Shown here: positions 17,050 to 26,896 of the stretch, one piece after another
Layout: every line of letters begins with the position of its first letter
Numbering within the stretch: position 1 is the stretch's first letter
DNA from: a virus
Taxonomy: Duplodnaviria; Heunggongvirae; Uroviricota; Caudoviricetes
Virus record (IMG/VR): IMGVR_UViG_3300045988_123528
Coordinates: 1-38,159 of that record
Reading direction: 5' to 3' (one strand)
DNA: 38,159 bases
Program-made: the position numbers and the translations under genes
The notes under the pieces: generated by a model
Database searches by the model: none
What the model was told of the DNA's origin: nothing
What the model saw: only the letters and a program-made list of their open reading frames with translations

Positions 17050-17174
17050 TAATAATTCTCAACTGTCTGAGGGGAGGGGCGGGTCAAATCCCTGTGACCT
17101 GACGTCTTCCGGACTGCCCGCCCCATCGTTTTTTTATACCCGCGAAAAATGAAATTTAACCAGGAGTGCCGCAT

Positions 17175-17660
17175 ATGGCTGGAACGGCGGGGCGTTCCGG
17201 GCGTCGCCCCAAGCCAACGGCGCGCAAGGCGCTGGCCGGAAACCCCGGCAAGCGAGCCCTGAATAAAGATGAACCTGTTTTTACGCCCATCAAAGGTGTT
17301 GAGCCACCGGAGTGGTTCGCTGAAGAAGATCTCCCTCTCGCCACGATCATGTGGCAACTGACAACCAAAGAACTCTGCGGTCAGGGCCTGCTGTGCGTGA
17401 CTGACCTGGCGGTACTTGAGCGGTGGTGTGTGGCCTATGAATTCTGGCGACGTGCCGTGAAAAATATTGCCAGACAGGGCAACACCATCACCGGTGCAAT
17501 GGGCGGCATGGTCAAAAATCCGGAGCTGACCGCCAAAAAAGAACAGGAGTCCGAGATGAGCAGCACGGGGGCAATGCTCGGACTCGACCCCAGCAGCCGC
17601 CAGCGTCTGATTGGCCTGGCGGGGAAGAAGAAAGCCACTAACCCGTTTCTGACAATCTGA
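17175..17660 (+). CDS. Terminase small subunit (P27-like)
   Basis: Position before the large terminase; SD AGGAG 8 nt upstream of this ATG (track ORF starts at a GTG abutting the SD). Confidence 0.7.
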   Translation: MAGTAGRSGRRPKPTARKALAGNPGKRALNKDEPVFTPIKGVEPPEWFAEEDLPLATIMWQLTTKELCGQGLLCVTDLAVLERWCVAYEFWRRAVKNIARQGNTITGAMGGMVKNPELTAKKEQESEMSSTGAMLGLDPSSRQRLIGLAGKKKATNPFLTI

Positions 17661-17673
17661 AAATCATCGAATC

Positions 17674-19407
17674 ATGAGCCGGAAATCTTACCCCAACGTA
17701 AATGCAGCCAATCAGTATGCCCGTGATGTCGTGCGCGGAAAGATTGTGGCCTGCCAGTTTGTGATTCAGGCCTGCCAGCGCCATCTTGATGACCTGATGG
17801 CGGAAAAAAGTAAGTCGTTTCGTTACCGCTTCGACAAGGACCTGGCTGAACGGGCCGCCAAATTTATTCAGCTGTTGCCGCATACCAAGGGTGAGTGGGC
17901 ATTCAAACGGATGCCCATCACGCTGGAGCCGTGGCAGCTCTTTGTGATCTGCTGTGCGTTTGGCTGGGTCAATAAAGGTACCCGGCTGCGCCGCTTCCGG
18001 GAGGTGTATACCGAAATCCCCCGTAAGAACGGCAAATCGGCAATCTCTGCCGGTGTCGCCCTGTATTGTTTTGCCTGTGATAACGAGTTTGGCGCGGAAG
18101 TGTATTCCGGTGCCACGACAGAGAAACAGGCGTGGGAAGTCTTTCGCCCGGCGCGACTGATGTGTAAACGCACACCCATGCTGACGGAAGCGTTCGGGAT
18201 TGAGGTTAACGCCTCAAACATGAACCGTCCGGAGGATGGCGCGCGGTTTGAACCGCTGATCGGTAACCCCGGTGATGGTTCATCACCCCACTGTGCGGTG
18301 GTGGATGAATATCACGAGCACGCCACCGATGCGCTTTATACCACGATGCTTACCGGGATGGGGGCGCGACGTCAGCCACTGATGTGGGCCATCACCACCG
18401 CCGGGTACAACATTGAGGGGCCGTGCTACGACAAGCGGCGGGAAGTTATCGAGATGCTCAACGGTTCGGTACCCAACGATGAACTGTTCGGGATCATCTA
18501 TACCGTTGACGAAGGCGATGACTGGACCGACCCGCAGGTGCTGGAAAAAGCCAACCCGAATATTGGCGTGTCGGTTTATCGCGAATTTTTGTTAAGTCAG
18601 CAGCAGCGTGCGAAAAATAACGCCCGTCTGGCAAACGTCTTTAAAACAAAACACCTCAATATCTGGGTGTCGGCGCGTTCGGCGTATTTCAACCTGGTGA
18701 GCTGGCAGAGCTGCGAGGATAAATCACTGACCCTTGAGCAGTTCGAGGGGCAGCCGTGCATTCTGGCCTTTGACCTGGCGCGTAAGCTGGATATGAACAG
18801 CATGGCGCGACTTTATACCCGCGAGATTGACGGTAAAACGCATTACTACAGTGTGGCCCCGCGTTTCTGGGTACCGTATGACACGGTGTACAGCGTCGAG
18901 AAAAATGAAGATCGCCGGACAGCCGAACGCTTTCAGAAATGGGTGGAAATGGGCGTTCTGACTGTTACCGCTGGTGCGGAGGTGGATTATCGCTACATCC
19001 TCGAGGAGGCCAAAGCGGCGAACAAAATCAGCCCGGTCAGTGAGTCACCCATCGACCCCTTCGGGGCGACCGGGCTGTCGCATGACCTTGCTGATGAAGA
19101 CCTGAACCCCATCACCATCATTCAGAACTACACCAACATGTCCGATCCGATGAAAGAGCTGGAAGCGGCGATTGAATCGGGGCGCTTTCATCATGACGGC
19201 AATCCCATCATGACCTGGTGTATCGGCAACGTGGTCGGCAAAACCATTCCGGGTAACGATGATGTGGTGAAGCCTGTCAAGGAGCAGGCGGAAAACAAAA
19301 TCGATGGTGCGGTTGCACTGATTATGGCGATCGGTCGGGCAATGCTCAAAGAACCCGACGATTTCCTCTCATCTCTTGATCCGGACGATGTTCTCTTAAT
19401 TCTATGA
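17674..19407 (+). CDS. Terminase large subunit
   Basis: 577 aa; ATPase and nuclease regions typical of HK97-type large terminases. Confidence 0.9.
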   Translation: MSRKSYPNVNAANQYARDVVRGKIVACQFVIQACQRHLDDLMAEKSKSFRYRFDKDLAERAAKFIQLLPHTKGEWAFKRMPITLEPWQLFVICCAFGWVNKGTRLRRFREVYTEIPRKNGKSAISAGVALYCFACDNEFGAEVYSGATTEKQAWEVFRPARLMCKRTPMLTEAFGIEVNASNMNRPEDGARFEPLIGNPGDGSSPHCAVVDEYHEHATDALYTTMLTGMGARRQPLMWAITTAGYNIEGPCYDKRREVIEMLNGSVPNDELFGIIYTVDEGDDWTDPQVLEKANPNIGVSVYREFLLSQQQRAKNNARLANVFKTKHLNIWVSARSAYFNLVSWQSCEDKSLTLEQFEGQPCILAFDLARKLDMNSMARLYTREIDGKTHYYSVAPRFWVPYDTVYSVEKNEDRRTAERFQKWVEMGVLTVTAGAEVDYRYILEEAKAANKISPVSESPIDPFGATGLSHDLADEDLNPITIIQNYTNMSDPMKELEAAIESGRFHHDGNPIMTWCIGNVVGKTIPGNDDVVKPVKEQAENKIDGAVALIMAIGRAMLKEPDDFLSSLDPDDVLLIL

Positions 19408-19565
19408 AATCACTAATTGCTGATGTTATCGGGTTGGCTGGTTTTGGCCTGCTTACGTGCGGGTTTTACCTGCAGTTTGGTATGGCTCCGGCTCTGATGC
19501 TGTCCGGCGGTTTACTGCTGGTGGGCGCACTGGCTATGGCCAGAAGGGGGACGCGTGCTGCTTGA
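19404..19565 (+). CDS. Small membrane protein (53 aa, two hydrophobic segments)
   Basis: ATGA overlap with terminase stop; below the track size cutoff. Confidence 0.4.
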   Translation: MKSLIADVIGLAGFGLLTCGFYLQFGMAPALMLSGGLLLVGALAMARRGTRAA

Positions 19566-20781
19566 TGCTCTGTTCAGAAGTAAATCACTGGAGAATCCTT
19601 CCACCCCGATAACCGGGGATGCCGTTGATACTGATGGGCTGTTCCGGGCAGACGTTTATGTCAGTCCTGAAACTGCGATGAAACTGGCTGCGGTGTATTC
19701 CTGTATCTATGTCCTGTCTTCCAGCCTTGCCCAGATGCCGTTGCATGTTATGCGCAGGCACAATGGGAAGGTTGAGCCCGCACGCGATCATCCGGCGTTT
19801 TATCTGGTTCATGATGAGCCCAATACCTGGCAAACCAGTTACAAATGGCGCGAACTGAAGCAACGTCACATCCTTGGCTGGGGGAATGGGTATACCTGGG
19901 TGAAACGTAATCGTCGCGGTGAAGTCATATCCCTGGATTGCTGTATGCCGTGGGAAACGACGCTGATGAATACTGGTGGCCGATACACCTACGGTTTGTA
20001 CAACGAATATGGGGCGTTTGCGATCAGCCTCGACGATATGATCCACATCCGTGCGCTGGGTAATAATCAGAAGATGGGGCTGAGTCCGATTATGCAACAT
20101 GCCGAAACAATAGGCATGGGGATGAGCGGTCAGAAATACACAGAAAGCTTCTTCAGCGGTAATGCCCGTCCGGCGGGGATAGTATCCGTTAAAAGCGGAC
20201 TCAATAAGGACAGCTGGGGCTGGCTTAAAGATCAGTGGCAGAAGGCATCGCAGGCGTTACGCAGCCAGGAAAACAAAACCATGCTGCTGCCAGCCGATCT
20301 GGATTACAAGGCACTGACTGTGTCGCCAGTTGACGCTCAGATCATTGACATGATGAAACTGAACCGTTCAATGATTGCCGGTATTTTCAATATTCCTGCG
20401 CACATGATTAATGACCTCGAAAAAGCCACCTTCTCCAATATTTCTGCGCAGGCGATTCAGTTTGTCCGCTACACGATGATGCCGTGGGTGACGAACTGGG
20501 AGCAGGAGCTTAACCGTCGCTTGTTTACCCGCGCTGAGTTAGCCGCCGGGTATTACGTCAGGTTCAATCTGACGGGGCTTTTACGCGGAACTCCGCAGGA
20601 GCGCGCGCAATTCTATCACTTCGCTATTACCGATGGATGGATGAGCCGTAATGAGGCCCGCGCATTCGAGGATATGAATCCGGTTGAAGGGCTGGATGAG
20701 ATGCTGGTAAGCGTGAATGCTGCTAACCCGGCAGGAGATTTTAAGCCCCCAAAAAAAGATGAGGGAAAAACCAATGAATGA
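19555..20781 (+). CDS. Portal protein (HK97 family)
   Basis: 408 aa; N-terminal LLDALF...AVYSCI pattern typical of HK97-type portals; GTG start with SD AAGGGGG. Confidence 0.9.
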   Translation: MLLDALFRSKSLENPSTPITGDAVDTDGLFRADVYVSPETAMKLAAVYSCIYVLSSSLAQMPLHVMRRHNGKVEPARDHPAFYLVHDEPNTWQTSYKWRELKQRHILGWGNGYTWVKRNRRGEVISLDCCMPWETTLMNTGGRYTYGLYNEYGAFAISLDDMIHIRALGNNQKMGLSPIMQHAETIGMGMSGQKYTESFFSGNARPAGIVSVKSGLNKDSWGWLKDQWQKASQALRSQENKTMLLPADLDYKALTVSPVDAQIIDMMKLNRSMIAGIFNIPAHMINDLEKATFSNISAQAIQFVRYTMMPWVTNWEQELNRRLFTRAELAAGYYVRFNLTGLLRGTPQERAQFYHFAITDGWMSRNEARAFEDMNPVEGLDEMLVSVNAANPAGDFKPPKKDEGKTNE

Positions 20782-21376
20782 CCGTGAAATCCGTTGTTAC
20801 AGCGGTGAGGTGCGTGCTGAGCGGCATGACGATAACCCTGCGCACATTATCGGTTATGGATCGGTGTTTGACTGTCGTTCTGAGCTGATATTTGGTTCAT
20901 TCCGCGAAATCATCCGGCCCGGCGCTTTTGACGATGTGCTTGGTGATGATGTACGCGCACTGTTTAACCACGATCCTAATTTTATTCTTGGGCGTAGTGC
21001 AGCAGGCACGCTGAATCTTTCAGTTGATGAGCGCGGATTGCGCTATGACATCCAGGCTCCGGAGACACAGACCATTCGTGATCTGGTGCTGGCCCCGATG
21101 CAACGTGGAGATATTAACCAGTCATCTTTTGCTTTCCGTGTCGCCCGTGACGGCGAGGAGTGGTATCAGGATGAGGACGGGGTTGTTATTCGCGAGATAA
21201 CCCGCTTTTCCCGTCTGCTGGATGTCAGTCCTGTGACATATCCTGCCTATCAGGAGGCTGACTCGGCTGTTCGCTCCATGAAAGCATGGCAGGAGGCGCG
21301 CAACAGCGGCGCGCTACAGAAAGCCATTAATCAACGTATGGCGCGTGAGCGCGTCCTGACCCTTCTTAACGCGTAA
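20774..21376 (+). CDS. Prohead protease (HK97 family)
   Basis: Position between portal and capsid; start at ATG overlapping portal stop. Confidence 0.85.
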   Translation: MNDREIRCYSGEVRAERHDDNPAHIIGYGSVFDCRSELIFGSFREIIRPGAFDDVLGDDVRALFNHDPNFILGRSAAGTLNLSVDERGLRYDIQAPETQTIRDLVLAPMQRGDINQSSFAFRVARDGEEWYQDEDGVVIREITRFSRLLDVSPVTYPAYQEADSAVRSMKAWQEARNSGALQKAINQRMARERVLTLLNA

Positions 21377-21386
21377 AGGAAACATC

Positions 21387-22616
21387 ATGAAACTGCATGA
21401 ACTGAAACAGAAACGTAATACTATCGCAACTGACATGCGTGCCCTGAATGAAAAAATTGGTGATAACGCATGGACGGAAGAGCAGCGCACTGAGTGGAAC
21501 AAAGCAAAATCCGAACTGGAAGCGCTTGATGAACGAATTGCACGCGAAGAAGAACTGCGTCGTCAGGATCAGGCGTACATTGAAAGCAATGAGGAAGAGC
21601 AGCGTCAGAATCTTGATCCGGAAAACAATCCGCAACAGGATGAGAAACGAGCTCAGGTTTTTGATAAGTGGATGCGTCACGGTGCCAGTGAGCTGACATC
21701 AGAAGAACGAAAGGCGTTGCGTGAACTTCGTGCCCAGGGCGTAGCTCAGGATGAAAAGGGCGGATATACCGTACCAGAAACATTCCTGGCGAAAGTTGTT
21801 GAGAAGATGAAGTCCTACGGTGGCATCGCCAGTGTGGCGCAGATTCTTACCACTTCTGACGGTCGCACTATGGAGTGGGCAACAGCTGATGGTACTTCCG
21901 AAGTTGGTGTTCTGCTGGGCGAAAATGAAGAAGCCGGTGAAGAAGACACCGATTTCGGTATGGGAAGTCTTGGGGCGCTCAAAATGACATCGAAAATCAT
22001 TCGTGTGTCTAATGAGTTGCTGCAGGACAGCGCGATCGATATGGAAGCTTATCTTGCCCGTCGTATTGCTGAACGTATTGGTCGTGGTGAAGCCCGTTAT
22101 CTGATTCAGGGAACTGGTGCTGGTACGCCTAAACAACCCAAAGGGCTGGTCGCATCTGTGACCGGCACAACACAGACTGCCGCGGCAAATACGGTGAAGT
22201 GGCAGGAAATTCTGGCTCTGAAACACAGCATTGATCCTGCATATCGTCGCGGGCCGAAATTCCGCCTGGCGTTTAACGATAATACGCTGAAACTGATCAG
22301 TGAGATGGAAGACGGTCAGGGACGCCCTTTATGGTTGCCGGATATTGTTGGTGTGGCACCTGCTTCAGTGTTGAATGTACCGTATGTCATTGATCAGGAA
22401 ATTGATGATATCGGGGCGGGTAAAAAATTCATGTTCTGTGGTGACTTTGATCGCTTCATTATCCGTCGTGTGCGATACATGATTCTTAAACGTCTGGTTG
22501 AGCGTTACGCGGAATATGATCAGACCGGTTTTCTGGCCTTCCATCGTTTTGACTGTATCCTGGAAGACACCTCTGCCATTAAAGCGCTGGTGGGGAAAGG
22601 TAGCGTTGGTGGTTGA
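21387..22616 (+). CDS. Major capsid protein (HK97 fold) with N-terminal delta domain
   Basis: 409 aa; charged coiled-coil N-terminus then capsid domain; terminator downstream. Confidence 0.9.
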   Translation: MKLHELKQKRNTIATDMRALNEKIGDNAWTEEQRTEWNKAKSELEALDERIAREEELRRQDQAYIESNEEEQRQNLDPENNPQQDEKRAQVFDKWMRHGASELTSEERKALRELRAQGVAQDEKGGYTVPETFLAKVVEKMKSYGGIASVAQILTTSDGRTMEWATADGTSEVGVLLGENEEAGEEDTDFGMGSLGALKMTSKIIRVSNELLQDSAIDMEAYLARRIAERIGRGEARYLIQGTGAGTPKQPKGLVASVTGTTQTAAANTVKWQEILALKHSIDPAYRRGPKFRLAFNDNTLKLISEMEDGQGRPLWLPDIVGVAPASVLNVPYVIDQEIDDIGAGKKFMFCGDFDRFIIRRVRYMILKRLVERYAEYDQTGFLAFHRFDCILEDTSAIKALVGKGSVGG

Positions 22617-22641
22617 TTAGTCTTTTTACGTAATACAGCAC

Positions 22642-22684
22642 GCCGCGTAATGCGGTTTTTTTGTGCCCGCGTTCTGGCGGGCAC
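22642..22684 (+). terminator. Hairpins with T-run after the capsid gene (partial terminator)
   Basis: CCGC GTAAT GCGG plus T7, then TGCCCGC GTTCTG GCGGGCA. Confidence 0.45.
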
Positions 22685-22694
22685 AGGAGGTTTT

Positions 22695-23018
22695 ATGCTG
22701 TTAAAAATGGAAGAGATTAAGCTTCAGCTCCGTCTGGATGATGATTTCTCTGATGAAGATGAGTTGCTTGAACTGCTTGGTAAGGCCGCTCAGAGTCGTA
22801 CGGAAAACTTCCTTAACCGTAAGTTGTATGCAACCGCAGATGACAGGCCTGCGGATGATCCTGATGGGCTTGTGATATCTGATGATGTGAAGCTGGCGCT
22901 TCTGCTACTTGTCAGCCATTTCTACGAAAACCGCTCAACGGTTACAGACGTTGAGAAAATGGAGTTGCCAATGAGTTTTAACTGGTTGGTTGTTCCTTAT
23001 CGCCTTATACCACTATGA
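22695..23018 (+). CDS. Head-tail connector protein (gp6-like)
   Basis: SD AGGAGG before this ATG; position after capsid. Confidence 0.6.
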   Translation: MLLKMEEIKLQLRLDDDFSDEDELLELLGKAAQSRTENFLNRKLYATADDRPADDPDGLVISDDVKLALLLLVSHFYENRSTVTDVEKMELPMSFNWLVVPYRLIPL

Positions 23019-23425
23019 AAATTCGTCAGGCGCAGACCAGCGCAACCTACATTCTGCCGGACCCCGGCGAACTGAATAAACGCGTCCTGATCCGCCAGCG
23101 GGTGGATATGCCCGCGGATAACTTTGGCGTGGAGCCTCAATACCCGGTTGCGTTCCGGGCATGGGCGAAGGTTATCCAGACCAGTGCCACCACCTGGCAG
23201 GAAACCGCGCAGACCGGAGACGCCATCACCCATTACATCACCATTCGTTACCGCCGGGGGATCACCGCTGATTATGAGGTGGTCTGCGGTGACAGTGTGT
23301 ACCGGGTGAAACGTCAGCGCGATCTGAACGGAGCGCGGCGCTTTCTGCTGCTGGAGTGTACGGAGCTGGGCGAATGTAGGCAGAGTCACGGAGGCAACAA
23401 TGACGACTTCCTTTTTGCACGTTGA
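23015..23425 (+). CDS. Head closure / head-tail adaptor protein
   Basis: 136 aa, coupled to connector gene; position-based. Confidence 0.5.
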   Translation: MKIRQAQTSATYILPDPGELNKRVLIRQRVDMPADNFGVEPQYPVAFRAWAKVIQTSATTWQETAQTGDAITHYITIRYRRGITADYEVVCGDSVYRVKRQRDLNGARRFLLLECTELGECRQSHGGNNDDFLFAR

Positions 23426-23906
23426 TTTTCAGCAGCCCGCGGAGATGCGCTTTAACCGCGCCCATGTCCGGCGGGCGTTTGTCACGATTGGTCAGCGTCA
23501 TATGCGTGATGCCCGTCGGCTGGTGATGCGCCGTGCGCGGTCGGCACCGGGTGAAAACCCCGGTTATCAGACCGGACGCCTGGCTCGCTCAATTGGTTAC
23601 ATGGTACCCAGAGCCAGTAAACATCGCCCTGGTTTTATGGCACGTATAGCCCCTAACCAGCGTAATGGAGAGGGAAACCGCCGTATCACCGGTGATTTTT
23701 ATCCGGCTTTTTTGTTCTATGGCGTGAGGCGAGGGGCAAAGCGTCGTCGCGGCCATCATCGTGGTGCATCCGGTGGCAGCGGCTGGCGACTGGCTCCACG
23801 TAATAACTTCATGGTGGAAACTCTTGAAAAGAACCGCAGCTGGACACGCTATTTTCTGGCGCGGGAATTGCGTAAATCACTGAAGCCGGAGCGACGACAC
23901 AGATGA
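23400..23906 (+). CDS. HK97 gp10-like tail component
   Basis: 168 aa basic protein in the expected position. Confidence 0.55.
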   Translation: MTTSFLHVDFQQPAEMRFNRAHVRRAFVTIGQRHMRDARRLVMRRARSAPGENPGYQTGRLARSIGYMVPRASKHRPGFMARIAPNQRNGEGNRRITGDFYPAFLFYGVRRGAKRRRGHHRGASGGSGWRLAPRNNFMVETLEKNRSWTRYFLARELRKSLKPERRHR

Positions 23907-24463
23907 AACTGACGCCCGTTATTGCTGCACTGCGTGCCCGCTGTCCGTATTTTGAAAACCGGGTGGCAGGCGCGGCACAGTTCAAAAATCTGCCGGAGGT
24001 CGGAAAGCTGAGACTCCCGGCGGCGTATGTGGTACCGGGTGATGACTCTCCGGGAGAAAACAAAAGCCAGACCGACTACTGGCAGGAGCTGAAAGAGGGC
24101 TTCTCCGTGGTTGTCATACTGAGTAACGGGCGTGATGAGCGCGGTCAGTTTGCCTCGTATGATGTGGTGGACGATGTCCGGCAGATGCTCTTTAAGGCTC
24201 TGCTGGGCTGGAACCCGGAAGCGTGTGGTAACCCGATTACCTATGACGGCGGCACGCTGCTGGATCTGAATCGTCATGAGCTGATTTATCAGTTCGATTT
24301 TTCGGTCATCAGCGAGCTGACTGAAGACGATACCCGCCAGCAGGATGATCTGAACAGTCTGGATGAACTGCAAACGCTGGCGATTGATGTTGATTATCTC
24401 GAGCCCGGTAACGGGCCTGACGGCGATATCGAACATCACACCGAAATAACCCTTCCTTCCTGA
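23903..24463 (+). CDS. Tail completion/terminator-like protein (Mu-type tail module)
   Basis: 186 aa upstream of sheath; family call tentative. Confidence 0.45.
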   Translation: MKLTPVIAALRARCPYFENRVAGAAQFKNLPEVGKLRLPAAYVVPGDDSPGENKSQTDYWQELKEGFSVVVILSNGRDERGQFASYDVVDDVRQMLFKALLGWNPEACGNPITYDGGTLLDLNRHELIYQFDFSVISELTEDDTRQQDDLNSLDELQTLAIDVDYLEPGNGPDGDIEHHTEITLPS

Positions 24464-24471
24464 GGATCCTC

Positions 24472-24642
24472 ATGTTTGTCAAACCTGTTAAAGGGCGGTC
24501 AGTGCCTGACCCTGCCCGCGGCGACCTTTTGCCCGCCGAAGGGCGAAATGTTGACGAGAACAACTACTGGCTGCGCCGTGAAGCAGCGGGTGATATCCGG
24601 CGCGTGAATAAAAAGGTGAATACCGATGACGATAAGCTTTAA
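24472..24642 (+). CDS. Small hypothetical protein (56 aa) preceding the sheath gene
   Basis: SD GAGGA; overlaps the sheath start; below the track cutoff. Confidence 0.4.
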   Translation: MFVKPVKGRSVPDPARGDLLPAEGRNVDENNYWLRREAAGDIRRVNKKVNTDDDKL

Positions 24643-26122
24643 CACCATTCCGTCGAATACGCTGGTTCCGTTGTTTTATGCGGAAATGGATAACCAGGCG
24701 GCGAATACTGCACAGGACAGCGGAGCATCGCTGCTGATTGGTCATGCCAATAACGGTGCAGAGATTGTTGCCAACAGTCTGGTACTGATGCCGTCGGCAG
24801 ACTATGCACGCCAGATTTGTGGTGCGGGAAGTCAGCTGGCGCGTATGGTCGAGGCTTATCGCCAGACCGACCCGTTTGGCGAGCTGTATGTGATTGCCGT
24901 TCCTGAATCCACAGGCGCGGCGGCAACAGTTACGCTGACGGTGACCGGGGCAGCAACCGAAACCGGCACGGTGAATGTTTATGTGGGACGTACCCGCGTG
25001 CAGGCACCGGTGACCAACGGCGATAACGTCGCGACGATTGCCAGCAGTATCAAAGATGCCATCAATGCCGTTCCGGCCCTGCCGTTTACGGCCTCATCTT
25101 CGGCTGGTGTGGTTACATTGACCGCTCGCCATAAGGGGCTTTGCGGGAATGAAATTCCTGTCAGCCTCAATTACTACGGCTTCGGTGGGGGCGAAGTGCT
25201 GCCAGCGGGCGTACAGATTGCCGTGGCGACGGGGACCGCCGGAACGGGCGCTCCGGTTCTCACCGGCGCGGTGGCTGCAATGGCGGATGAGCCGTTTGAT
25301 TATATCGGTCTGCCGTTCAACGACACGGCCTCTGTTAACACGCTGGTGACCGAGATGAACGATACCAGCGGTCGCTGGAGCTATGCGCGTCAGCTGTATG
25401 GTCATGTGTATACGGCAAAGGCCGGCACACTGTCAGAACTGGTGAACGCAGGTGACCAGTTTAACCAGCAGCACATCACCCTGGCGGGGTACGAAAAAGA
25501 GACCCAGACGCCTGCCGACGAGCTGGCAGCCAGCCGTACCGCCCGCGCAGCGGTGTTTATCCGCAACGATCCGGCACGTCCCACGCAGACCGGTGAGATG
25601 GTGGGTATGCTGCCTGCGCCGAAGGGGAAACGGTTCACGATGACCGAACAACAGACCCTGCTGTCTCATGGCGTGGCAACGGCGTATGTCGAAAGCGGGG
25701 TACTGCGCATTCAGCGTGATGTCACCACGTACAGGAAAAACGCTTACGGGGTTGCGGATAACAGCTACCTCGACAGTGAGACACTGCATACCAGCGCGTA
25801 TGTACTGCGCAAACTGAAATCCGTCATTACCAGTAAGTACGGGCGTCACAAGCTTGCCAGTGACGGTACCCGCTTTGGTCCCGGTCAGGCGATTGTCACC
25901 CCGGCGGTGATCAAAGGGGAACTGCTGGCAACCTACCGTCAGCTTGAGCGTGCGGGGATCGTGGAAAACTACGAACTGTTTAAGCAGTACCTGGTTGTGG
26001 AGCGTGATGCCAGCGATCCGAACCGCCTGAACACGCTGTTCCCGCCTGACTATGTTAACCAGTTGCGTGTCTTTGCCGTGGTTAACCAGTTCCGTCTTCA
26101 GTATTCAGAGGAGTCTGCATAA
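24626..26122 (+). CDS. Contractile tail sheath protein (Mu L-like)
   Basis: 498 aa, Mu-type sheath size and sequence character. Confidence 0.85.
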   Translation: MTISFNTIPSNTLVPLFYAEMDNQAANTAQDSGASLLIGHANNGAEIVANSLVLMPSADYARQICGAGSQLARMVEAYRQTDPFGELYVIAVPESTGAAATVTLTVTGAATETGTVNVYVGRTRVQAPVTNGDNVATIASSIKDAINAVPALPFTASSSAGVVTLTARHKGLCGNEIPVSLNYYGFGGGEVLPAGVQIAVATGTAGTGAPVLTGAVAAMADEPFDYIGLPFNDTASVNTLVTEMNDTSGRWSYARQLYGHVYTAKAGTLSELVNAGDQFNQQHITLAGYEKETQTPADELAASRTARAAVFIRNDPARPTQTGEMVGMLPAPKGKRFTMTEQQTLLSHGVATAYVESGVLRIQRDVTTYRKNAYGVADNSYLDSETLHTSAYVLRKLKSVITSKYGRHKLASDGTRFGPGQAIVTPAVIKGELLATYRQLERAGIVENYELFKQYLVVERDASDPNRLNTLFPPDYVNQLRVFAVVNQFRLQYSEESA

Positions 26123-26478
26123 TGGCCCGTATCGGGGGAACCTGTTATTTCAAAATTGACGGTCAGCAGCTATCGCTGACCGGCGGCATTGAGGTGCCCA
26201 TGAACAGGACGGTCAATGATGACATCATCGGCCTGGACGGTTCAGTGGACCGCAAGGAAACTCACCGTGCGCCTTATGTCAAAGGGACCTTCAAGGTGCC
26301 GAAGAATTTTCCGGTGAACAAAATCACCTCGTCTGATGAGATGACAATCACTGCCGAGCTGGCGAACGGTCAGGTCTATGTACTGTCGTCTGCCTGGCTG
26401 CACGGCGAAGCGAACCATAATGCCGAAGAAGGCACGGTTGATCTTGAGTTCCACGGTGAAGAAGGGGATTACCAGTAA
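26122..26478 (+). CDS. Tail tube protein (Mu M-like)
   Basis: 118 aa immediately after sheath. Confidence 0.8.
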   Translation: MARIGGTCYFKIDGQQLSLTGGIEVPMNRTVNDDIIGLDGSVDRKETHRAPYVKGTFKVPKNFPVNKITSSDEMTITAELANGQVYVLSSAWLHGEANHNAEEGTVDLEFHGEEGDYQ

Positions 26479-26747
26479 TGAAAGAGCTTGAGTTAAAGAA
26501 ACCGATTACCGCTCATGGCGAGACACTCTCCGTACTGGAGTTTGATGAGCCCACCGGGAAAGATGTCCGCGAGCTGGGATATCCCTACCAGATGAATCAG
26601 GATGAGTCCGTCAGACTTCTGGCGCATGTGGTATCGAAATACATCGTGCGGCTGGCGAAAGTGCCGCAAAGCTCTGTCGACCAGATGTCTCCGGCAGACC
26701 TGAATGCAGCGGCGTGGCTTGTGGCCGGTTTTTTCCTCCAGGCCTGA
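26478..26747 (+). CDS. Tail assembly chaperone (short form)
   Basis: 89 aa upstream of tape measure; contains slippery TTTTTTC near its 3' end. Confidence 0.7.
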   Translation: MKELELKKPITAHGETLSVLEFDEPTGKDVRELGYPYQMNQDESVRLLAHVVSKYIVRLAKVPQSSVDQMSPADLNAAAWLVAGFFLQA

Positions 26748-26896
26748 CGGCTGAATACCTCACTGATCGCTTCTTTGACTGCGCCAGTTACTGGCGCATT
26801 AATCCTTTCGAATTGCTGAATATGCCGATCAGTGAAATTCCCTTACTGGTCAGTCAGGCAAACAGGATAGAGCAGGAGAAACGCACACATGGCTGA
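26478..26896 (+). CDS. Tail assembly chaperone, -1 frameshift-extended form
   Basis: Slippery heptamer T TTT TTC at about 26729-26735; the -1 frame stays open to 26896 and overlaps the tape measure start. Confidence 0.55.

Noticed and set aside
17166-17174. GTG start for small terminase (and GTG at 15041 for holin)
   Set aside because: The GTG directly abuts the SD with no spacer; the next in-frame ATG has proper 7-8 nt spacing.
19585-20100. Antisense ORFs inside structural genes (this one, and e.g. 21699-22226, 27887-28216, 29465-29962, 31692-32150)
   Set aside because: They overlap well-supported terminase, portal, capsid and tail genes on the opposite strand and have repetitive, low-complexity translations typical of GC-rich antisense frames.
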